Source of the DNA: Saprolegnia diclina VS20
Taxonomy: Eukaryota
Direction: 5' to 3'
Length of the DNA: 64,000 nucleotides
NCBI RefSeq assembly: GCF_000281045.1
Contig: NW_008246071.1
Span: 865,172-929,171 of the forward strand
This document shows positions 56,250 through 64,000 of this stretch, one piece after another. The translations under genes and the position numbers were made by a program. Position 1 is the stretch's first letter. Each line of letters opens with the position of its first letter. Below the pieces are notes generated by a model. The model made no database searches and was not told where the DNA came from. It saw nothing but the letters and a program-made list of their open reading frames with translations.

Positions 56250-57788
56250 ATGCCCCGAGCTACGGACGTCGAGTCGGCGTCGCTCCTGCCGACCGACAAG
56301 CACGTCTCGTACCAGACGTCGACGACGACGGCCATCAATGACGCGCGCGTCGACAAGGCTGCGCTCCACGTCTCGCGCCAGAAGGACGCGGCCTACCTCT
56401 TCAAGTTCATCATCTTGGCGCAGATCTTTGTGTACCTCGAGGCCGGCGCCGTGCCCGCGCTCCTCGTGCAGTTCACCGAGACGTTTGAGCTCACGCCGCA
56501 AGACCAAGGCCTCCTCGGCGCCATCGTCTATATTGCGCTCTCGCTCGGCTCGCCGCTCTCGGGCTACCTCTTTCGGCGCTTCTCGCCCAAGGTCGTGCTG
56601 GGCTTCAGCCTCGTCCTCAACAACGCGTGCGTCTTCCTCTTCGCCTTTACGCCGGTCAACCACTGGTACTCGAAGCTGCTGTTGATCTTCTTCCGCGGGC
56701 TCATTGGCTTTACGCAAGCGTTTTTGTGCGTCTATGCGCCGCTGTGGGTCCACGAGTTTGCCCCCAAGTCGCGCCGCGGGCAGTGGATGAGCTACCTCCA
56801 AGGCGCGGTGCCCATGGGCGTCACGGTCGGGTACCTTCTTGGGTCCGTGACTGTCTGGGTCGGCGAAAGCTACGTGGGCTGCGGCAACTTTTTCTGCTGG
56901 CGTTGGCCGTTCCTCTTCCAAGTGGTGCTTGTCTTGCCGCTCGCGCTTGGTATCTTTGGCATTCCGGACGACCACATTGTGATGCGTCCGTCGCGGCGCG
57001 AGTCCATTTCGTACCTGGAAAACGAAGACGAGGACGAGTACGACTCGTTCTTTGACGACGGCAAGAGCAACTGGAGCAACATTTGCACGCTCCTCCGCAT
57101 TCCAGTGTTTACGTCGATCGTGCTCGGGCTCTCGTCGCTCTTCTTTTGCGTCACGGGCATCCAGTACTGGACGACGCTCTTCCTCACGACCAACCTCGAC
57201 GACTCGGCGTACACGATCCACCTTGCGTACCTCGTCGTCTCGGGCACTGGCCCGATCCTCGGCGTCGTCTTTGGCGGCAAGCTCATCGACTACATTGGCG
57301 GCTACGCCGGCCCTCTCCAGGAGGCCAAGGCGCTCCGCATCTGCGTCGTGCTCGGCGTCTTTAGCGTCGCGTCCGCGCTCCCGATTTCGTTTTCCAACAA
57401 CACGTTTGTCATCGCGGTGCTGCTCTGGACGATGCTGTTTTGCGGCGGCGCGCTTCTCTCGCCGTGCTCGGGCATTGTGATTGCGTGCGCGCCGCCGCAT
57501 TTGCGCCCGCTCGCGTCCTCGGTTGCGTACACGTCCTACAACTTTCTTGGCTACGCCGCCTCCAACTACATTCCGGGCCTTGTCATGAACATCATTTTGG
57601 TCAACACGGAAATGGGCGCGTCGTCGGCGTCCTCGTCGGTGGACGAAGCGTACATGTACCGCATCGGCTTCCGCATCGTCACGTGGTGGAGCATCTTTGC
57701 GTTCGCTTGCCTCATCGTCGGCTACATGGCGTCCGCGCGCAAGGCCAAGGCGCTCGCAGGCAATGCGCCGGCCCACTCGCCCTATTAA
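56250..57788 (+). CDS. Spinster-like MFS transporter (512 aa)
   Basis: About 12 TM segments; RGLIGFTQAF..YAPLWV.EFAP, G.TVGYLLG, WRWPF, acidic central loop, P.LRP.A.S motif. Confidence 0.85.
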   Translation: MPRATDVESASLLPTDKHVSYQTSTTTAINDARVDKAALHVSRQKDAAYLFKFIILAQIFVYLEAGAVPALLVQFTETFELTPQDQGLLGAIVYIALSLGSPLSGYLFRRFSPKVVLGFSLVLNNACVFLFAFTPVNHWYSKLLLIFFRGLIGFTQAFLCVYAPLWVHEFAPKSRRGQWMSYLQGAVPMGVTVGYLLGSVTVWVGESYVGCGNFFCWRWPFLFQVVLVLPLALGIFGIPDDHIVMRPSRRESISYLENEDEDEYDSFFDDGKSNWSNICTLLRIPVFTSIVLGLSSLFFCVTGIQYWTTLFLTTNLDDSAYTIHLAYLVVSGTGPILGVVFGGKLIDYIGGYAGPLQEAKALRICVVLGVFSVASALPISFSNNTFVIAVLLWTMLFCGGALLSPCSGIVIACAPPHLRPLASSVAYTSYNFLGYAASNYIPGLVMNIILVNTEMGASSASSSVDEAYMYRIGFRIVTWWSIFAFACLIVGYMASARKAKALAGNAPAHSPY

Positions 57789-58195
57789 CCCAACCCTACT
57801 ACGAATACGAATATACGACTATAGTGTACTAATGCAAACGATCATCAACTCTAATCGCTCGGCTCCAAGAGACTTCGGCCACGGTTGCCCATAGCTGTGA
57901 CGAGCCTGCGCAGCGCCGACGTCCAAGAAGCTTGGACAGACGTGTCGAAGCTTGGTGCGACGCCCAGAAGCAGTCCCAGAAGAACACCAAGGACCGAGCT
58001 CACACGACTGTGTCGTCGCCGTCAGCAACCCCGTTATCTCTGTACTGCTGGGTACGTCTGCTGCGGAACGCTTCCTCAATAGCACGGCCAGGCGTGGACA
58101 AGCCGGGCTTTACGGACAGGCCAATTTTGCACCTCTGATGCAACAACATCCAAACACTTTGCGTTTTGCCATTGCCCCCACACTCGCTTTGACGG

Positions 58196-58750
58196 ATGTC
58201 TCTTCGCGCGTCGTACTTCTTCCTCGCTGCGCTGTGTCATGCCAGCATGGCGCTCTCAAATCCCGCGAGCCTTGGGCTGCTCGAAGCGACGACGTCGAAC
58301 GCGTGCAGCTACGTGAGCCTGGCTTCGACGCTCTTGCCGTTTTTTACCAACATCACCAAGTGCAGCTCGGCGACCAACTACACGCTGACACCGCCCACGG
58401 CGTGGCCGACGGCGGCGCAGACGCCCGTGCTTTGCTCGGACCCGGCGTGCACGGCGACGTTGAGCAGCCTCGAGACGGCTGCGCTTCCCAACTGCACACT
58501 AACGATCCAAGGGTCGACGTACACGATGCCTGCGTTTGTACGCAGCCTCGCGGCGTCGTGCCTTCCGTCGGCGATGTCGGGCTCGCCCGCCATGAACGCC
58601 GGCAACGATCCCAGTACGCTTCCAGATGCCGCGACGAGCGCGTCGCACGACACCTTGCCGGCAACGACATCGTCGCGCCAAGCGCGCAAGCTCTCTCAAA
58701 TGACTGTGCTTGCGGTGGTGCTCTTTGGTACAATCGGCTACAGTATGTAA
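58196..58750 (+). CDS. Elicitin-like (ELL) secreted protein, probably GPI- or membrane-anchored (184 aa)
   Basis: Signal peptide; six Cys in elicitin spacing (C..CSSATNY..LCSDPAC..LPNC..C); S/T/A-rich stalk; hydrophobic C-terminus. Confidence 0.8.
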   Translation: MSLRASYFFLAALCHASMALSNPASLGLLEATTSNACSYVSLASTLLPFFTNITKCSSATNYTLTPPTAWPTAAQTPVLCSDPACTATLSSLETAALPNCTLTIQGSTYTMPAFVRSLAASCLPSAMSGSPAMNAGNDPSTLPDAATSASHDTLPATTSSRQARKLSQMTVLAVVLFGTIGYSM

Positions 58751-58775
58751 AGCGGGCGGAGCTGTTGGGATTTCT

Positions 58776-59879
58776 CTAGCTGCCTTCCTGAACGAGCGCC
58801 GTAACCACTGTAATATCGTCCATCTTGCCACCCGTCGTCGACTTGTACCTAGCACCAAATGCGCGTCAACATACTGATGTGAACCAAGGGCGACGGTACC
58901 CGGCGTGGCGCGCCGACACGGCGAACGGCGTCATGCGCGTCTCGGAGGCTGCGACCTTTTGCGTCACTTCAGCAATGATTTTGGCAAAGACAGGCATCTA
59001 CAACGACGGTGATCCATCGATTCGTACGATAACGCTGTACGTTGTCGGGCGTCGGCGGGTGGATCTCGGAGATCTGGTCGAGGAGCTGCAAAAGCTCTTC
59101 GGTAAAGAGGTTGTCAAACCTACGCCAGCGCATGAGACGACCACTGCGGTCTTGCTGCAACACCGTACACGCCGTCGGTCGCAACCAGGATCAAGTCGTT
59201 TGGCAGCGCCGTGTGCTGCGTTACGTCCGCATGCTTGGGCTAATACAAGCACAGCCTCGTGGATCCCGCCTCGGCTTGAGCAAGCGGTGTACCTGATCCC
59301 GGCTGTCCATACCGAGCTGGAGCGGGCAGTTGAAGTAGTGGCACTGTGGCGGCGACTCGAAGAGAAGCGTCCACTTGTTGTCTTCTTGGCGGCAGTGAAG
59401 GAACCCCGAGTCGCCCAAATTGGCTGCCGTAATCTCGTCGCCTACGACGACGTTGCTCCTTATGATCCATGACGCACGTGTAGATATGTACTACCTTGCA
59501 AGCTCACGACGCAGGCCGTCGAGCTACCAGGTACCGATGCAGCTTCGTACGCAGCATTGAGGCGGGCAACAGGGTTGCTCACGGGCGTGGCTTCGCAGAC
59601 CTTCATAAGAGCGCGCGAGTACGCGCCCGAGTCGATGCCTATTCATGTAGATTGCGTGAGGAGCCATGCATAGGAAGGGAGCGGACCTTTGGTCGCCCAG
59701 CCACCGACGCCGTCCGCGACGCCGACCGCCGTGGGCGATACGAAGGCAGCGTCTTCGCCACGCTTCTTCTTGGGATGCGGCAGCGATGCGAGGCCCGACG
59801 AGAAGGTCCACGAGCTCGCATAGCGCGCAAGGACGGACGGGCCGAGCACGCGGGCGGTGGTTGCACGCAGCAGCAGCAT
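58776..59879 (-). CDS. PTC7: PTC7/PPTC7-type PP2C protein phosphatase, probably mitochondrial; 7 exons (59879-59687, 59638-59495, 59441-59293, 59239-59169, 59119-59041, 58997-58900, 58848-58776; 268 aa)
   Basis: Spliced product contains GEDA, VGVADGVGGW, GSSTAC, ANLGDSGF, HYFNCPLQLG, VATDGVFDNL and GGKMDDITVV. Six GT-AG introns of 43-53 nt; targeting-peptide-like N-terminus. Confidence 0.9.
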
Positions 59880-60011
59880 GGGCAAAATTTGCGTTTTATG
59901 TCATCGAACGCCGTCGACGCCGTGGGTTTATCGGTTTGACCCACGTTTAACGCGCCCGAATGCGTTTATTTCCTCCACTGTCGGTTTGTTGGACGACCAC
60001 CGAGACCTAAG

Positions 60012-61321
60012 ATGGCGGACGAGAGCATGCGCAGCATCGCCGACCTGCGCGACGGCGCAGCCCTCTGCTTTGCGATTGCCGAGGCCGTCGCCGTTGAGGA
60101 CGATGACGTGGCCACGTGGCAGAACACGATCAAGTTCCTCGAGGGCTCGCTGGCCATTGCCAAGCAGCACCACGCCGAGTTTGTCAAGACCGCGGCCATG
60201 AGCGGGTCGGCGGGCGACAACCTCGTCTTCACGCTGCCCAAGGCGACCTGCATCTCGCCAAAAGGCAAGCTCGACATTGACTTTGGCGACTTCAACGTGA
60301 CGATCACGGGCAAGGACTTTGTCGTCACGACGCCGTACACGAACGTCGACGCGCTGCTCAAGCTGCCGCGCCACGTAACTCTGCCCTCTCGTCGCTACTG
60401 TCTGTATAGTGAATGCGTGTAGAACGCCGTGTCCAAGACCAAGGTCGCGTCGTACGAGTTTGTGCTGCGGCTGGAAAAGCCAGTGAGCTACCGCAAGTCG
60501 ACGCTCAAGTACATTGCCTTTGACGTGAGCGCGACGAGCGCAGTGATTGCAAACGAAAACATCATCCTCCATGACGCTGCTTTGGAGAATGATACGACCA
60601 TAACACAAGCCAAGCTCCATGCGGGCGTCCAGATGCAGCTGCAGAAGCTCATGAGCCACATCCGCGTCATCGCAGAGCCCACGACGGGCAACCAGCGCTA
60701 CGTGAGCACGCACGGCGAATCGTTTGTCAAGTGCTATCGCAAGACCACGAGTGGCCACCTCTTCTTTCTTCCTGAAGGGTGAATACCGGCCCTTTCTCCA
60801 CGTCGATAAAATGATGCTGCCTGTCTAGGCTCTGCTTTTTGAACCCACCGCTCTTCTTGAGCCGAAGCGAAGTCGACGCGATCGAGACGGGCCGCAAGAC
60901 GTCGCTGCACCTGCGGTCGTTCGACTTGGTCGTCGACGTCGTTGGTGAACCCTCGGTCGAGTTCTCGATGGTCGAGAAGGAAGAGATGCCAAGCATTACC
61001 GAGTTTGTCAACATGTTCAAGGTGCTCAAGGACGACGATGCGCGCGACAATCCGGACGAAAGCACGGGCGACACGCAAATGACGGTTGAAGAAGACTCGG
61101 AAGAAGACGACTCGGACTTTGTCATGGGCGCCGACTCGGACGACACGGACGACGACTACGACGACCTCTCGGGCTCGGCCTATAGTGATGATAGCGGTAG
61201 CGATACCGATATGGATGTTGGCATCGTCGACAGCCTCGCGGCAGCAGGCCAAACCATCGACGACGACGAGGAAGGTCCGCTCGGGCCGTTTCCCGACCAA
61301 CACGGCATGGACGACATATAA
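60012..61321 (+). CDS. Rtt106/SSRP1-middle-domain-like (double PH) histone chaperone with acidic tail; 3 exons (60012-60374, 60423-60778, 60829-61321; 403 aa)
   Basis: FVKCYRK..SGHLFFLPEGLCFLNPPLFL, RSFDLVV and EFSMVEKEE, followed by a D/E-rich tail. Two GT-AG introns (48, 50 nt) join three ORF-track pieces in frame. Confidence 0.72.
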
Positions 61322-61732
61322 TTTGTGTACAAATTCAACTGAATAAATATCATGACTGCACCGACCAGTGAGTGGGCCAACGGCTCGACACAAGTTGCGT
61401 GAGGACACTGGTGCAATTTCCAAGCACGTTCTTGTACGAGGACGATGTGGGACAACAGTTTTGCATTATGGCGAGGTGCGATAGAGAGCCACGGTTGGAC
61501 TGTGCCGATTGGCGAGAAGATGTCGAGAAAGTGCGTGGAAGCTGGACGATGAACCCTGTTGTCGACAAACATTGACTGGGGCAAATTTGAACCCCCGCCA
61601 CGAGGTAGCACAGGGTGTGAGTGCCGGTCAACGTTATTTGGGAGCAGAAAACGTATGGCACAAGGCAGGCTAACATCGATACAAGAAGACTCCAGAGTGA
61701 TTTTCAGTTGACAATCTTCCGGCAAGTGCAGC

Positions 61733-62326
61733 ATGACCAACTCGAGCGTTCCGTCCGGCCTCGCCCTCACATGGAACTCGGTAATGATTTATCGACTGCC
61801 GAATTAACGAGCATGCTAATGTGTCGTGAGTATGTAGAATCTAGCCCAGCCCCATCGAGTGTCGACGGGAGTTGACTACATCTATGCCGAGTTCCACACG
61901 ACTCACGAAGATGACCTTTTCCAAGAGTCGTACGAAAGGGCGAGGAGAGCGCTGGCGACGGGTGACTGGAACAGCTTTAATTGGGAGCTGGCTATCCAAC
62001 GCGATATCAAGGAAAGACAGCAAGTGAAGATTATGAAGGCTGCCGACACTATCGCTCGCTCTCGCAATTGGAACTGCGTCGCGACGGGCCAGATCGACGT
62101 GCATTACCTCTCGCTCCAAGGCGCCAAACAGTTGCTTGCTGAGTTGCTGCCGCTCATGGAAGCCAAGGGGCACAAGAGTATATGCATCGTTGTTGGCGCC
62201 GGCAAGCACAGGAAACGCCAAGACCAGCAGCCTCTCTTGAATGGCGTCAAGGCCTACCTGCTCTGTCGTAAGAAACGCTTTCAGGACCACAAAATCTGGT
62301 ATGGGGCGCTTATTGTGGAACTCTAA
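61733..62326 (+). CDS. Smr-domain protein with a preceding helical (DUF1771-like) segment; tentative exons 61733-61780 and 61838-62326 (~178 aa)
   Basis: IDVHYLSLQGA...ICIVVGAGKH...LLNGVKAYL...GALIVEL matches the Smr pattern. The first exon and 57-nt intron are a prediction. Confidence 0.6.
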
Positions 62327-62394
62327 GTCGAAAATTGCTTCATCTAACCTCGTAAAGTAAAAAAGCACGTCTTTGACGTCAAAAGACATATGGT

Positions 62395-62590
62395 TCTGGG
62401 GAGTGGCTGGTAGAAACGCAATTGCGACGTAGTTGGCCTGGTTGTAGACGACATTACCCGAGGTCACGACACCCGTCGATTTGGTCAAGAACTTGGACTT
62501 GGCTCCGCCACCGTTGTCGCACCAGTAGTTGAAGCCCATGGCGTCGAGCGTGATTTTGGTGCCAGAGACTGCAATCAGCAGACCTTTCCT
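62395..62590 (-). pseudogene. Degenerate GH28 polygalacturonase-like fragment (minus strand)
   Basis: KGLLIAVSGTKITLDAMGFNYWCDNGGGAKSKF...STGVVTSGNVVYNQANYVAI resembles endo-PG GPLI.VSG...LDG.G..YW....NGG..KPKF and SSTGV.ISG..VYNQDDC.AI. Confidence 0.45.
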
Positions 62591-62604
62591 GTTATTACTC
62601 TAGC

Positions 62605-62805
62605 TCCTCAACATGCTTGTCCATGTCCTCTCGATCAACAATGCCACCAGCTCCAATAAACTTGCAATGAAGCTCAACAGTCCCGACGACGCGGACACCT
62701 TTGACGGTGGCAGCTCGACGGGTGTCTTGATCTCGGATGCGGTTGTCTACAGCCCAGTGGACTGCCTCACGGTTGCGTTTTTACCAGTCTACTGCCTTGG
62801 AACCA
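62605..62805 (+). pseudogene. Degenerate GH28 polygalacturonase-like fragment (plus strand)
   Basis: LNMLVHVLSINNAT...DADTFDGGSSTGVLISDAVVYSPVDCLTV resembles N.PVH.FSIN...NTD.FDVGSSTGV.IS.A.VYNQDDCLA; the catalytic NTD and DD motifs are lost. Confidence 0.5.
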
Positions 62806-63835
62806 GTTCGTTCTAGATCCTTGCAGCTAGACCAACGCTGGGGTTGACACGATGATTGGCCATAAGTCGAGAGGCATTGCTGTGGATAGGCCACGTCATG
62901 AGCAGCGTCATGAGAATAACGGGGGACAGTGCATGGTGTACCATGATGGCCAACATCGTCATTACTAGGCCCGTGAATCTTGCCATTGCGTCGATAGCTC
63001 ACGTCAATGCTTCCATCTAGTACCTGGGCGGGGCCACAGACGCACGCCAGTAGCTTGACACTTTGATACTCTTTCGAACGAGTATCCGGACTCCGGATAC
63101 ACATGATCGGCGGCTGTGACACATGCCGGGGGTTTCCCACGCGCTGCTTCGCGTTTTTCACGTTTTGCACGGGCCGCGCTGTAATCCCAGCATGTGCAAC
63201 AAACCGAACACGCGGACGCCGTAGAGGCGTCGACTGCAGCAGCAAGGCAGACGCATTCCTCCAGCGCTCAACGAGATCACGTTGCGAGCAAAGCAAGGTA
63301 TAGTCATGTCGATGGCAGTATGAGCCAGCGAAAGGCCCCTCCTAGTCGTTTCTGCCCGTGCACATCGCGCCGGCAATGATAATGGCATGTTGTTCGAAAC
63401 GCTATAGTTCCCAAGGAATATCGGATGTATCGGATACTATCCTTCTACGTGTGGTTGCGGACGGTGACTTATGCATGCAGTTGCCCCTTGCTGTTGTCCG
63501 CTACAGTACTTGCTAACGTGCAGGCCAAAGTCGAGTCGAGGCTGCCGTTTTCACACACCTCTGTACGTCTGACGCGCGTTAACCTCTGGCCTTCCAAGCA
63601 CAAGCGCAGCGTTGTCAATTGCTGACAGGCGAGGAAGACGACACTAAATGCACAGACGATCTCAATTCTCTGGCTCTACCGACCTGTTCGAGGCCGACTG
63701 CCTTGGCGCCAAAAATCACACAAACGTGTCCAGCGCGTGTGTTTTTCTATAACGCACGTTTTCCACGCGTCGACGCGGCTCGTTTCCCACGCCGGTTGGT
63801 CATTTCACATATATTTGCGGTCGACGAAGAGCAGC

Positions 63836-64000
63836 ATGCGCGGCAAGGTCCTCCTCCGCGCGTCCGAGTACCAGTGGATCACGCGCGTGATGGCGCTGGA
63901 GGCCGACGCGCTCCTCTTCTTCGAGGACACGGCCAAGCCCAGCAAGGCGAAGCTCGAGTCCGTGGACCTCATCGGCGCCACGTGCGAGGTCGTCGTCGTC
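63836..64000 (+). CDS. 5' end of a gene with a PH-domain-like N-terminus (truncated by the window)
   Basis: MRGKVLLRASEYQWITRVMALEADALLFFEDTAKP...VDLIGATCEVV; high-GC3 codon usage; INR/FPR-like TCATTTCACATATATTTGC at 63800-63818. Confidence 0.65.
   Translation, partial: MRGKVLLRASEYQWITRVMALEADALLFFEDTAKPSKAKLESVDLIGATCEVVVV

Noticed and set aside
61841..62539. 232-aa minus-strand ORF as a real gene
   Set aside because: It is a chimera of a GH28-like relic and the antisense of the Smr exon.
1..64000. Prokaryotic features (operons, CRISPR arrays) and rRNA/tRNA genes
   Set aside because: Spliceosomal introns and oomycete markers show the DNA is eukaryotic. I saw no repeat-spacer array, cloverleaf or rRNA-like sequence by eye; tRNAscan and Infernal were not run.

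Overview
This is eukaryotic, GC-rich genomic DNA from an oomycete. An elicitin-like gene, oomycete INR+FPR core promoters and 43-57 nt GT-AG introns support that; Saprolegniales is an inference. The first ~58 kb is a membrane-transport island. It holds an intronless array of 9 DAACS/SLC1-type transporters (6 on -, 3 on +), a full-size ABCA transporter inside that array, and an array of 5 MFSD6-like MFS genes (one with a single in-frame TAG). The MFS array is interrupted by a 1749-aa internally duplicated membrane protein of unknown function and by an ENT nucleoside transporter, and a spinster-like MFS lies further on. The right end has mostly single-copy genes: a 9-exon probable mitochondrial alpha2 GlyRS, an elicitin-like protein, a 7-exon PTC7 phosphatase, an Rtt106/SSRP1-like chaperone, an Smr-domain protein, inverted GH28-like relics and the start of a PH-domain gene. 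Most notable: (1) every SLC1 paralogue whose motifs are visible lacks the Na+-binding aspartates, and the substrate-selectivity residue varies between copies (R/C/Q/S/N/A); (2) a ~180-bp structured repeat follows both large + strand genes that interrupt the arrays; (3) a 461-bp PIF/Harbinger-type MITE with perfect 17-bp TIRs and a TTA target-site duplication. There are two assembly gaps (31057-31161, 48863-49194).
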